Shown: in pieces, positions 50,546 through 64,000 of the stretch
Position numbering within the stretch: position 1 is the stretch's first letter
Layout: each line of letters begins with the position of its first letter
From: Dipteris shenzhenensis
Taxonomy: Eukaryota
Direction: 5' to 3' (one strand)
Length of the DNA stretch: 64,000 nucleotides
Assembly (NCBI GenBank): GCA_047967505.1
Contig: CM106538.1
Made by a program: the position numbers and the translations under genes
The notes under the pieces: model-generated
The model's input: only the letters and a program-made list of their open reading frames with translations
Databases searched by the model: none
What the model was told of the DNA's origin: nothing

Positions 50546-53500
50546 TGTTGAGATATTGAGCTCCACTCGTGATATGCCAGGGTGACCGTTGTGCATTTAT
50601 GTCACCGACTTGTGAGCTGCAGATGTGGTTGGTACACCACCCATGAATAATAGCTGGATGATAGCTATCCTTATCTACTCTAGTTCGTGACTCAGTTAGT
50701 ATGCCACCTTAGTTAGTTGAGTTTGGTTTGAGACCCACATATAGGGTTCTTCTATTTCTTTGTACTAGAGTTCTTTTGGCTTTCACAACTAAGAAGAGAA
50801 AAACTGTTTTCAGCCTCCACCTTTGTGTGTATTCCCCCATTGTGTATGTGAGAAAGCCACAAGTGAGACTCCTTCCCTCTCTCCCACTATCTTCACATGG
50901 TATCAGAGCCTGGTTCGTGGTAAGGAGCTCAACAAAGCAAACCAAGGTCGCGGTGTCCTGGTAAGAGGACCAGTGTTGCTTTCCTTTTTCGAGTTTAGGA
51001 GAAAATCTTTGCAGGTAGCACAGCCAGAAGTGCAAGAGTGCACTGTCTTAGATTGAGACGCCCTTCACGGTGTGGTGAGAGGGTATATGCTGCGAGATAG
51101 GGCGAAGCCATAGGTGACTTTATTTTTCTGATTCGAGTCCATTTTGGGGCCCGTTTTGAAGGCGGAAGTTCTTTGAAGGCACTCAGAAAAAGGCTTGGTT
51201 TTTGCTGTGCGACCACTGCTCTACAGGTCGATGAAAATTCGCCGCAGAAATTGCATCGTATGCCTGTGCGCAGAGATACTAGGAGTTACAGAATCATCCT
51301 TATTGCCTGTTGATACAAAATTGTCACTAGGAAGTGACTATGTGGTCAAATACCACTTTCTTCAGTTTTGCAGATTTGCCCGTGTGAGGTAGAAGCTGTG
51401 TTTTTTTGCAGTGACAGAATTTTTTGCAGTGTTCTGTAATGGCGTCTGATTCTCTTTCACAAATTGTCACTGAAAAGCTTGACAAGAACAACTTCCAAGC
51501 GTGGAAGTTTAGAATGATGAATTTCCTTATGGGAAAAGGCTATTGGGAGTTCATTACAGGAAATGAAGAAGAACCAATTCTTCCTAATGTTCCCAATCAA
51601 CAGGAAATGCAGGCATTTAAAGGATGGCATGAGAGAGCCAGAAAAGTTATGTACTGGCTGTCTATCAGTATTTCAGATTCTATGATTGTGCATATTCAGG
51701 ATGCAAGTACGCAAAGGAGGCATGGGATACTTTGGCAAAAATGTACATCACAAATACACAAGCCAGGAAAATGCAGCTCAAGTAGGAGTTGCACAATGTG
51801 CAGAGAGAAAATATGAGCATCAATGACTACCACATGAAGGTGAAGAAAATTGCAGATGCACTTTCTTCCATTGGGTCACCAGTGGAAGAGGATGATTTGG
51901 TTTCTGTGACCTTGAATGGTCTAGGAAAGGATTATGCATAGTTTTGGACATCCATTGCCATCCGTGAAAAATTCCCTGATTTTGAGGAGTTGTTTGCTCT
52001 TGTAATTTTTGAAGAGCAGAGAAATGGTGGTGCACCTTCTTGAGGAGGAACTTCAAAAGAAATTGTCTTCTACTCAAATGCTGGAAGAGATAGAGGCAGA
52101 GGTAGAGGAGGCCGATCTGGAGGCCATGGTAGAAATCAAAATATGCAGCAAACTCAAGAAAACCAGTCCTTTGGAGGAGGACGTGGTAACTCTAGAGGCA
52201 GGGGGAGCCAAAGAGGTCGTGGTGGATGGCAGAGAGGCCAAAATGCAAACAGCAATGTTGAATGCTACTATTGTGGTAAAATGGGTCATATGGCTAAAGA
52301 CTCTGCTACAAAAAGTAGAATGACATTATGAATGGAAAATTGTAGCAAGGCAATTATGCATCTTCTAGTAGACAGGGTGATGACAGAAATGAGCATCTAT
52401 TTATGGTGCAGCACATGACCAATTCTGTGACAAGTGCAGAAGAACGAAATGATGTGTGGTATGTTGACTCAGGTGCATCAAACCACATGACAGGTCATGC
52501 AGAATGGATGCAGGATGCAAGGAAAATGGAAAACCAGGATTTGTGGAGACTGGTGATGATACTGCACATCCTATTGTGTAGATTGGTAAAATTCCTTTGT
52601 TTATGCAGGATGGGAAAAATAAATACCTGTCGGATGTATTTCATGTCTCGAATATCACCAAGAACCTGGTTTCTGTTGGTCAAATGGTTGAGTAGGGCTT
52701 GCAGGTCAGATTTAATCCTCATGGATGCTTTGTTGAGGATATGAAAAATAACGGTCGCTTGATAGCAAAAGGAAAGAAGAAGGGCAGGATGTTTACATTG
52801 GATGTGGATATGCATGAATTGAGTGCAACAATGTTTGCACATGGGACCGGTGTTGTTGCAGATATTGATATCTGGCATAAACGCATTGGTCATGTTAATG
52901 TACAGCGACTTAAATCAATGCAGGCCCAAAATATTGTTGCAGGATTGCCTAAATTCAAGGTTGCAGAAATGCATAAGGTATGTGAAGCCTGTCAATTTGG
53001 AAAACAGGCAAGGAAACCATTTCCTAGGCATGTTCAAGAGAGTAAGAAGCCATTGGAATTAATCCACTCTGATGTGTGGACTACTAAAGCTGCATCTATT
53101 GGAGGCTGCATTATTTTGTCACTTTTATTGATGACTACAGTAGAAAAGTTTGGGTGCATTTTATGAAAAAGAAAAGTGAAGTGTTTGGGCATTTCAAAGC
53201 TTTTAAAGCTATGGTTGAAAAAGAAACAAGACTGCAAATAAAATGCCTAAGGTCAGATGGAGGGGGAGAGTACCTCTCAAATGAGTTTGCAAGGTTCTTG
53301 CAGGAGCATGGCATAAAGCAGCAATATTCATGTAGTCATACCCCATAGCAAAATGGACTTGCAGAAAGGAAAAACAGCCATATTGGAGAGGTATCTCGGG
53401 CCATGCTAAATGAAAAAGACCTTCTAGATTATTATTGGGCTGAAGCAATTGCTACAGTAGTTTACATGATGAACAGGACTCCCACTGCAGGAATACATGG

Positions 53501-53570
53501 CATGACGCCAGAGGAGATGTATACTAGTAGGAAACCAGATATTTCTCATTTGAAAATTTTTTGTTGCATT
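50546..53570 (+). mobile_element. Copia family B copy (5' LTR, PBS, gag-PR-INT), cut by copia D
   Basis: LTR 50546-50897, PBS 50898-50909, gag ATG at 51439, WYVDSGAS, LIHSDVW, LRSDGGGEY; highly similar to the reverse complement of 16075-19078. Confidence 0.95.
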
Positions 53571-56500
53571 TGTTAGAAAACAGAAGGAAAGAATCACTCT
53601 AACCCAGCCAAGACCTCTCCCACTCTAGCAACACTCAACTCAGATAACTGATCACAGATACAATACTCACTCAGAGAAAACTTAGGCAGAGAGAGAATAT
53701 ATTCATCCACCGGATGGTGGGCAGAAAACTAGCTCCAGGAGAGCAATACAAAACTCAGCCAAGTGCTGAGACAAACTGCAGGAATTCTCTCTGTCAGAAG
53801 ATGTCAAATCTGAGTGCACAAGCACAGCCCAAATCAGAGGCTTTCTGTCCTGCACTAGATGACTGAAATGAAGGGAAGTGTGGGCCTTTTATAGGCACTA
53901 CCTAGGCCTGTTGGTCTGACCGACCAACAGGGTCGGTTCCCTGCGACCAGGTCAGTCTGTAAAACTGACCAGGGTCGCTAGTCGGTGGCCCTGGTTGGAC
54001 TGACTGCAGGCCCCTATAAAAGGGCGCCCTGTGCAGCCAGTCCTTTGCCTCTAGGAAGGCATGGAGCCCCCCCCAAAATGCTGCTGCTTGCTGAGTCTCT
54101 CTTTCCCATCCCATCTTACCTTCACTGCCCCTTGTCCCCACAAAACGAGGGCTCACAGGTGGGAACAGTGAGTCTCTAACACCCCCCCTCAATGTCACAA
54201 GTGTGGGCCAATCCCCATGCATTTGATGAGGTGCTCCATCTGTTCTCGAGGGAGTGCCTTCGTGAAAAGGTCGGACAAGTTGTCGGCGGTCGGAGTAGAT
54301 AAGCTCGATCATGTCGTCGATGATGAGCTCTCGAACAAAATGATAATGAACTTCGATGTGTTTGGTCTGTGCATGGTACACTGGATTCTTCGCAATAGCT
54401 ATGCAACTCTGATTGTCACACATCAGCACTGTCACATTCTCCTGACACACATCCATGTCCTCCAGAATCCACCGCAACCACAATGTCTCACAAGCGACTG
54501 TACACGCGGCTCTGTACTCTGCCTTTGTAGATGAAATGGACACTGTGGGTTGCTTCTTACTTAGCCAAGAGATGGCTCCAGATGCAAGTAAGAAACAATA
54601 TCCTGTCGTCGACCTTCTGGTGTCCACATCACCTGCCCAATCACTGTCACAGAACCCGCCTAGTTCAATGCCTTTGGTGTAGCTGATCCCAAAGGTGCAA
54701 GTACCCTTCAGATACCTCAGCACACGTAAACCTACATTCCAATGATTCTTCCTGGGAGAAGTAGAAAACTGACATAATAACCCAACTACATAGCAAATAT
54801 CCGGGCGTGTATTGGTAAGGTAAAGCAAACTTCCTACCAATTGTCGATACAAAAGAGTATCAACCAGCTGAGATGTGTCGTGAATAGTTAGCTTCAGCCC
54901 GACCTCCATGGGAGTTAATGCTGTTCTGCAATCCTCCATCTGAAATCTCTTCAAAATTTCTCTGCAATATTTATCCTGGGAAATGAAAATCCTGTCTTTA
55001 GCCTACTTTACTTCAATCCCAAGGAAGTAATGTAATGACCCAAGGTCAGTCATCTCAAACTCAGACATGAGTAGCTCCTTGACCTGTGAAATCTTCTTGA
55101 CATGATCCCCTGTCAAGATAAGATCATCAACATACAGGATGAGTACCAATCGCAATCCCTTCTCAATGAACAAGTAAAGGTTTGCCTCAGAAGGACTCCG
55201 ACTGAGCCCAATCTTCTGAAAGAATATATCAATCCTTTGGTACCAAGCTTTGGGGGCCTGTTTCAGCCCGTATAACACCTTCTTCAACTTGCAGACCTTT
55301 AATGGGGACACTGGATCCTGAAATCCCAGTGGCTACTCCACATATACCTCCTCCTCCAGGGTTCCATTAAGGAATGTGGACTTCACATCCATTTGAAAAA
55401 TAGGCCACTGGAATTGGGCAGCAAGGGCAATCACTGTCCAGATAGTAACCATGCGGGATGTGGGAGCAAAAGTTTCATCAAAATCCATGCCTTCAGTTTG
55501 AGCAAAACCTTTCACAACCAACCTGGCTTTATACTTATCCAAGTTGCCGTCAGATTTGTATTTGAGTTTGTATACCCACTTAGTGTCGATGACTTTCCGT
55601 CGAAGGGGCCTGGCCACTAAGTCCCATGTATGGTTCTTCAGAATAGCATCCATCTCTGCCTGCATGGTAGCTTGCCATTCAGGATTGTCTTTCACCTCCG
55701 CGAAGGTTCTTGGCTCAACAATCTGAGCCACCAAAGCAACATTCACGGATGGGGTCTTTTGAAGACATTGAGACCGACGCAATCCGGAACTGCTACTCTC
55801 AGGTAATGAGGTGACACGAGACTCTTCCAATGTCCAGAGGTACCATTGGGGCAACTTTTTCTACTTCTCTGTGGGAGGAGGAATGGGAACCTCTGCGGGA
55901 ACATCCTGCTCTTCCTGTGTATCGGGTGGAATATCAGCTTTTGATTGGGTAACCTCTTGAATGGTCAATCTGGGACGGGGTGGGATCGGGGGTTGAACAA
56001 TCTCCTCCTCCTCAATCTGAGGCTCCTCCTGGGGTTCAGGTTCTTTTTTCGCGAAGACAACATCACGACTGATGAGTATTTGCTTCTTTACTGGATCGAA
56101 GAGGCGGTAGGCCTTGGATTCTTCACTATACCCAACAAAGATACATGGTCTGCTTCGGGAATCAAGCTTGGTCCTATCTTCCTTGGGCACATGCACCCAC
56201 GCATTAGAACCAAAAATGCGGAGATGAGAAATAGAGGGCTTCTTACCATAAAATGCCTCATATGGAGTCTTGTCCTTGACGGCCTTCGTCTTGGTATGGT
56301 TGAGAATGTGTACCACTGTATTGATAGCTTCACTCCAATAGGCTTTAGAAAGATTTCTCCCTCGAAGCATAGCAAGCCCTGTCTCAGTGGTGGTTCTATG
56401 CTTTCTCTCGGCTACCCCGTTTTGCTGAGAAGTATGTGCCGTGGTGAGTTGTCACTTGATCCCATGCTTGCGACAAAATGTATTAAACTCACTTGAGGTG

Positions 56501-57957
56501 AATTCTCCCCCCCTGTCTGTGCGAAATGTCTTGACATCTTCCCCTGTCTCCTTTTCAACTCTAGCCTTCCAGTCTTTGAATTTCTCAAAAGCTTGAGACT
56601 TTTTAGCCAAACAATATACCCAAGTCATTCTACTGAAATCATCCACAAAGAGAAGTGAATACCTGGATCCTACCCATGATGCAGTAGACATTGGACCACA
56701 AATGTCGGCGTGAACCAACTCAAGTGGTTTGCTGGCCCAAAACAAAGCTTCTTGTGGGAACTTATCCCTGTGCTGCTTGCCTTCAAGACAAGCCCTATAG
56801 ACATCATCCTTGCCTGTAATTGGTGGAAGTCCATCCACCATCTTTGACTTTGACATTTCAGCCAAGATTCCATAGCTGACGTGACCGAAGCGCTCATGCC
56901 AAAGTTTGGACTTTCCGTGATCATGAACCAACATTGCACTGAGACGATACAGTCCATTCTCTTCCACACCCTGTGCTACCACTTGCCCACTTCCTTTGGA
57001 TGTCACGATAACCTTGCCATCTTGAAAAAGAACTGCCATGTTGTTTTTGTCCATCTGACTTACAGATAGTAAATTCTTGCAAAGGTCGGGTACATAAAGT
57101 ACTCCAGAGATATCCTTCTCCTCACCCGCCGTGGTAATGAAAGGAATGCTACCTATACCCTTCACAGGACATGTCCGGCTATCCCCAACAGAAACTTTGG
57201 AATCCGGGTGTGTACTGTCCATGGTTTTGAACCATGTCCTTCTGTTGGACATGTGCTTAGAAGCACCGCTGTCAACATACCAACCTTCTTTTCCTTCACT
57301 AGCTGCATAAGCTGAACAATGTTCACTGAGTAAGAATAACTGACCAGTTGTCACATTGGCAGAATCACTCTTAGGCTCTTCTTTGTTTTTGGCTTCTCTT
57401 TTCCGCTTTTGATCCGCCTTCTTCTTCCGGCATTCTTTGGCAGAGTGGCCAAGCTTTTCACAGTAAAAGCACTTCATTTTCTTCTTACGTTCAGCGTCCT
57501 CTGATTTCTTGGAATCCTTTGACTTGCCTTTGCCAGGCTTGTCTTTGGCAACCAATGCCTTTTTGTCGGTTTGCATAAAGAGTTTCTCTCGGGCCTCCTC
57601 CTGAAGTAGGAGTGGACAAAGCTCCTCAAAGTTGATTGGCTTTGTCCGTTGACCCGCAGTGACCGTAGTCACAAAACTTTTGAAACTCCGTGCCAACTTG
57701 TGGAGTGTGAGTAATGCTAATTGACTCGAGTCCACCTTCTGACCAACCGCTGCGAGCTGGTCCCGCACAACTTTCACCTTCGTTAGATGATCATGAACAT
57801 TGTCACCCTCATTCATATCAAGGTTATAAAGCTGATGCTGCAATGTGATGATACGAGCTGTATTATCGGTTTCATACAACTCCTTCAGTATGGTCCACGC
57901 CTCTGAAGACGTTTTTGCCAACTGGATATGAGGAATAACAGTGCAAGGAAATGCCAA
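53571..57957 (-). mobile_element. Ty1/copia element D: 3' LTR plus disrupted gag-pol, 5' end missing
   Basis: LTR 53571-54181 (TGTTAG..CTAACA), PPT 54182-54190; CFYCEKLGHSAKEC, WYVDSGAS, RTDRGGEF, LYVDDL, FCDSDWAG. Confidence 0.94.
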
Positions 57958-59374
57958 AAATAGGCTTCTTAGGGATTTAAAAAATATTCCTTAAATGCAC
58001 ATGATATAGACATATTACACTAAGTGAACCTCCCCCCCCCTTGGTATAAGCCCATTGGCAAGGAATAACCAAGGAGGAAGGGAAGGAGGGATTCAATCAG
58101 AGGATGCTAGTAGAGAAATATAAATATGGGGAGGGGCAAAAAATATACACATAGGGAGGGAATGGTGTAAGGCAAGAGGGAGATGGAGAAAGGAGAGACT
58201 ATATGTGGCAAGGAATTGTAGCCATGATAGACATGGCTGTAGTCACTCATTACCATGCACTCTAGTACTCTACTGAGCATGTGAGCCTGGTGATTAGTAA
58301 TTTTTACTGTACTCATAGTGATCATGCATGCTTAAGCCTGGTGGTGGGTGAGCGGTGGCATGGTGGAATCATAGCCACGACAGATGTGGCTGATGACAGC
58401 CACCACCATTGGGTAGTAACTCCCACAAAAGTAAATCATGAAGCCTAATCACCTCTAATCCCTCATAACCATGCACTCTAGTACTATCCTGAGCATGCAA
58501 GCCCAGTGACTGGTAATTTACTGCACTTGTAGTAATCATCATGCAATCCCGGTGGTGGTAACTAGAAGCTGAGTAATTGTAGGCCATTGTAGTGGCTGGT
58601 AATTAACTGCTCGCCCGGTGGGTCTTAACCACCACTACAGACGTGGCTGCGAATCTTAGATGCCACCACCTCTAATCATTCATTACCATTCAATTCAGTA
58701 CTGCCACCTTGAATTAATCAAAATTCGAGCCAACCACCGTGGTGGTTCTCACCTTAATAGTAGTTGGGCTACAACCACTGCGGTGGCTCTCACCTTGACG
58801 GTGTAGTCGGGCTATAAACTGCTATTCCATTCCCTTAACCATTTCTTCTTATATCCCTCTTGGCCATTTCGTTCTCCCTTGCAATCTCAAGCCTCCACTA
58901 TTCCATTTCCTTCACTACTTCATCTTCTATTACTCTCGACCATTTCTTTCTCCCTTGCAATCTGACTACAAACTCAAGCCTCCACTATTCCATTTCCTTC
59001 ATTGTTTCATCTTCTATCCCTCTCGACCATTTCTATCTCCCTTACACTCTTCCTACAACTTCTATCCCCTCTCGTAATAATGGACCCTGCACACTCTGGG
59101 AGCTCCTCACACAATCTTTCCTCCCCCTCTGTAGCACAGTGCAAGAGCCCCTCCTCCCCTGATCTTGAAATCATGACATATGGGATCTCCTCTCTCACTC
59201 TTTGAAGCCCAATTTGGATGCTCTCAAAAACTTCATCAGGTTGGTACAGGAGGTGAGCATGAAGGAGGGGCAACTAGTCTGTCAAGGTCAGAAGATTACC
59301 ATCAATGAAAGTGTGATTGAAAATGCTCTAGGAATTTTTGGAGGCAGTTTGCAAGCACACTTTTTCGAGAAGCA

Positions 59375-59975
59375 GCTATCCTAAAATTTGTTGCACAGTG
59401 CTATATTAAAACAATGCCCTTTAGGCTGTTTATCGTTTCATTAACCGTCAAGTTTCATCCCATGCTTATTTTTAGTATATCCCAACAACCATCGCGCTAG
59501 TTTTCCATAACGAATCCACACATCCTACAAATCCATTCATCTTGTAATAATAGAAGCAAACCACCGCACTGATGGCTGTTAATATTCTAGTGCAACCAAC
59601 CACCGTGCTAGCCATAACTTATCCTGTACTACTACCATGCTATCCCTACACTACTGTTGTGCTATCCTAAAATTTATTATACAGTGCTATACTAAATCAA
59701 TGCCCTTTAGACTGTTTATCATTTCATTAACTATCAGATTTTATCCCATGCTTATTTTTAGTATATCCCAAAAACCACCGTGCTGGTTTCCCATAACGGA
59801 TCCACACCCCTAACAAATCCATTCATCTTGTAATAATAGAAGCAAACCACCACACTGGTGGATGTTAATATCCTAGTGCAATCAATCATCATGCTGGCAA
59901 TAACTTATCCTATATTACTACCATGCTATCCCTACACTACTGACGTGCTATCCTAAAATTTGTTGCATAGTGCTA
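59375..59975. repeat. 286-bp tandem repeat, about 2.1 copies
   Basis: gctatcctaaaattt starts at 59375, 59661 and 59947, with matching interiors. Confidence 0.9.
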
Positions 59976-60629
59976 GTTCTCTTTAGATTGGTTATCATCG
60001 TTAATCATCTAATTTCAACCACCAGGCTACTTAAAACATTTAAGTACTAACATGGAAGCAGGTCGATACAAAATCAGGTATTACAAACACCATGAGAAAT
60101 ACACAAGTTCGAGAAATGTATGCAATATTTTTATTGTTTCAAGACACGACATTTTGCTTTTTCAAGGAAATTCTAGACTCCCAACTATCTTATCAACCTC
60201 TCTATGGCAAGCATCTCCTGGCTCTTTAGGCTAGTTTGATGCACAATGGCAGACCTCTTCACACACTGGGATTACACACTGCTTGCTTGACTCTGCCGAC
60301 TTAAACGCCCATAGTAACTCCTCCTTTTGTTGGGGGTCCTCTTCATCCTAGTCTTTGCACTCTATACATCTTTGCGTCTCTATCATGTCCTACTAAAAGA
60401 AACCTACATCATGAGCTTGACAAGTACCTTAAAGGAGCAGGAAAAACAATAGCGAGGAAAATTAATATTCACCATCTCTGCCGACTCCAAGTAATACACC
60501 CACCACCGAAGCATGTCCTCCATGCAGCTATTTTCCTCCTTCTCCGGGTCTGTTTCTGCAAGGATGCCATCCAACATTGTTTTTAGATAGAACAAAAGCA
60601 TTCCAAAGTTATTTGGGTATGACATATAT

Positions 60630-63600
60630 TCGTTGTAGGTGGATCGGCAATACTCTCTCTCTCTCCTTCTTCTGTTCTTGCTTCCGTTGAGAGCACTCTC
60701 AACTGGTATCAGAGCCCGGGTGATCTAGCTGAGCGTGCGTGAATGCTTGAAGCTCAGCAGCTCTGTGGGAGGAAGAAGAAGCTCTGTGGGAAGCTTTGTG
60801 GGTGACTTTACTTGCATCTGAGTGTGTAGAGACCTTGGAGGAAGCTTTGGAAAAGTCACTTTGGTTTTGCGAAGTGGTTTTGAGAGCCTGTTAAGTGTTT
60901 TCAAAGAAAAAGTCATTTTTTGAGCTTTTCCTTGTTCCGTTCGATGACAGAGACTCCATATTGACTTGTAGAGGCAACTATTTCTTGCTTTTGGTGTCCA
61001 CTTCACTTCAGGAGCTTGGAAACACCTTCATTCTTGAATCTGGGATCATTTCATTGGATTTCTGACTCACTGTGTCAGTTCCTGCGTTTTTTGCGCGGGT
61101 GTTGGAACTCAAGTTTGGAGTAACCATTTGCAGATCTGTCAGTTCCGGTGGACTCAGGAGGTCCTAAAACTTGTATGTTGCTCATCATTCGCACTTCGGT
61201 GGAGTTTACAAATAGCTCTGTTTCCAAAAACGTTTTTTAGTCCGTGTGTTGAACCCGGTGATTGAGACCACGGTTTTCAAAACCGTCTGTCCCATTGCAT
61301 TCCGGATGCCCAAAAACCCCTACCTGTCAGTTCTTGCGCAATTCAGTGGAGGATTTTCAAAGTTATAGATCTCTGTGTATTCGATTTTGTCTCTCTGTTA
61401 TGCATTTTTCATTCTAAGGTTTTGAAACCTTAGATTTATGCCACATGGCAGTGGATAAGTGTTGACTCCCATTTCTCACTCATCGGTTGGGATTTTGGAG
61501 TTTTGGCAGAAGAGAGATATTTGCAGATTTTCTTGCTGAGTCCGATTATGCAATGGCGCCCATGTTTTGAGGCATCTCAGGTTCTATTTTCAGTAGCGGT
61601 CATTACCGTGGGACTATGATTTCTTGAGCATACCTTATGTAGATCACTCTGGTTGCAGTTTGATGTGCGCTCATTCGTGGTATGCATTCGGTTGCAGTGG
61701 ATGATTTATAGGCCATTTGGATGCATTGCAATCCCTATTGGATGCACTGATAGGCCCAAATTGCCTTGTGGGATGCTTTTTTTTTTTGGACGCTTTGCAC
61801 ATGGATGCTATTTTATGCTGAGGGACAGCTTTGACACATTGCAGGTGATGCACTGATAGTGCTATGCTCTCTTGGATAAGATATTATTGATGCATATGCC
61901 AGTGGACGGTGTTTATGCTTGAGTCATTTGGCACTTATTGGCATTTTCTTTTGGGCCGGATTTGCTCATATGGATGCATAGTATATGCACATGAGTCAGA
62001 TGCATCTTTTGATGCTTTGAGCTTTGAGTTTTTTGGTGATATTTCACTCTATTGTGGCATACACATTTGGGTGCACCTGGTATTTGGTGTGATTCTCTCT
62101 TGCAAGCACTAGCATTTGGGATTTTGTTTCATTTGCATCATGGCATCCTCTTCCATGTCTGAAAAGGAGTTTTTCAGCATTAAAAATTTTGATGGGACAA
62201 ACTTTTCTTTGTGGAAAGAACAAATAAGGGATGTGCTTATTCAAAAGAAGGATGTGCTTATTCAAAAGAAGCAGATTAAACCCTTGGTAGGGATTGAAGC
62301 TAAGCCTGCAAATATGTCTGAGGATGATTGGAATGAGTTGGATGCATTAGCAAAGTCTACTATTAGACTTCATCTTGCAGAGTCAGTTTATTTCACAGTA
62401 GTAAATGAGCAGACTACGGAAGATTTATGGAAGAAACTGTGTGCCACTTATGAGAAGGAAACTGCCTCTAATAAAGTTTACCTCATGAAGAGGTTGTTTG
62501 AGCTACATATGAAGGAAGGGGTCTCCATTACTTCTCACTTGAATGAATTCAATATTATTTTCAACCAGCTTCAGGCTCAGAAGATGAATTTTGATGTGGA
62601 GACTAAGGCAATATTTCTCTTATGTTCATTGCCATCCTCATGGGATACCTTCCATACAGCTGTCAGTAACTCTGCACCTGGTAGAGTACTAAAATTTGAT
62701 GATGTTGTGGGTAGCTTGTTGGCCGAGGAGATTAGACGGAAGTCTATGGATGGCAACAAGCAGGATGCAGCCTTAAGTGTGCAAAGGGACAGATCACAGT
62801 TCAGGGGGAAGTCCCAAGAAAGAGGGAAGTCTCGCTATCATGTGTGACTGCATTGATCTCCTCAATCTTCACTTTTCCTTTGTCCTCCCTTGGACTCTCT
62901 TCCTTTTGATTTGCACCCCAATTTGCATTCTTTTTCTTATCCTTTTGCTCTCTTTTCAGCTTGTAGCAATCCTTTTTCATATGGCCCTTCTTGCCACAAT
63001 GATAACACTCAATGTTCCGTGTTGCTTTTGGCCAGGGGTGCCAAGTGTGGGAATTTGTATCCCTTACATGTATCAGGGGTATTTGATCATGTTGTTGCAA
63101 TAACCGAGCAGCCAAGCACTTCTTTGTGGCATTGCAGGTTGGGGCACATGAGCCAGAATGGAATGAAACTCTTATGCCGTTTGGGTTATGTACCGCATTT
63201 GAGTTTCTCTGATTTTGAAATTTGTGAGCATTGTCTCTATGGGAAGCAAACTAAATCAGCCCATAAAAGAAGGGGAAAGAAAGAGTTTGAAATGCTTGAT
63301 TTGGTGCATTCAGACGTATGTGGTCCCATGCCTACACGGTCATTAGGCGGGGCTGAATACTATGTGACATTCATTGATGATGCAACTAGGAAAGTGTGGG
63401 CTTATGCTATAGCTCAGAAGAGTGATGTGTTCCAGGTATTTCAGAAATGGCTGGCCTTGGTTGAGAATCAGTCAGGTAGAACGCTTAAATGCCTACGGAC
63501 TGACAATGGTGGAGAGTATCTCTCTCATGACTTTCAGCATTTCTGTGATACACGTGGGATTAAGAGGGAGCTCACATCCCCTCATACACTAGAGCAAAAT

Positions 63601-64000
63601 CCAGTTGCAGAAAAGATGAACCGTACCATTCAAGAAAGGTTGCAATGCATGCTTTCCAATGCAAGTCTTTCTGGTGGTTTTTGGGCTGAGGCAATGAAGA
63701 CTGCAGTGCATGTGATCAATAGATCACCTAGTAAGAGTTTGGATGGTGATATTCCTGAAGAGGCATGGAGTGGCAAGAAGCCCTCTTACTCTCATTTGCA
63801 TATATTTGGGTGTGAGGCATATGCACATGTGCCAAAAGAGCACCGAAAGAAGCTAGATCCTAAGTCTAGGAAATGCATCTTTTTGGGTTATGGTGAAAGT
63901 GGAGAGATGGGCTATCGTCTCTGGGATCCAAAAGCAAAGAAGATCATATGCAGCCATAATGTGGTCTTCAATGAGAAGAAGATGCATAAGGCACCCATGA
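60630..64000 (+). mobile_element. Ty1/copia element E (Tnt1/Tork-like); LTR end, PBS, long leader, gag, rearranged junction, integrase running off the window
   Basis: PBS TGGTATCAGAGC 60704-60715; gag FDGTNFSLWK..KSTIRLHL..LLCSLPSSW; open frame about 63036-64000 with LWHCRLGH, VHSDVCGP, LRTDNGGEY, KLDPKSRKCIFLGY. Confidence 0.92.

Noticed and set aside
31054-53570. Family B pieces at 31 kb and 50.5 kb as two halves of one element
   Set aside because: Opposite orientations and non-matching flanking 5-mers (CCTTC versus ATGGT)
60404-60625. 73-aa minus-strand ORF next to copia E
   Set aside because: Short, with no recognisable domain

Overview
Repeat-dense land-plant genomic DNA with no intact host gene. 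A fern or other non-seed plant is plausible but cannot be proven from this window. It is a nest of transposable elements: a CACTA (Tnp2) remnant; several Ty1/copia elements, including one family present three times; a complete TRIM; a solo LTR; two L1-type LINE remnants; Ty3/gypsy fragments; and a complete 15.7-kb Athila-like gypsy element (TSD AAGAT, tRNA-Asp PBS). Two signals stand out. (1) At 19865-20559 there is a very divergent histone H3/CENH3-like gene. It has R at position 9, no ARKS motifs, mixed H3 and CENH3 fold residues and a long C-terminal extension. It sits inside a locally duplicated repeat with foldbacks just downstream, which suggests a TE-borne histone variant. (2) The gypsy element carries a reconstructable extra ORF of about 1,220 aa after the integrase, broken by three nonsense codons, one frameshift and a small TIR element. 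All coordinates and difference counts were read by eye and need computational confirmation.
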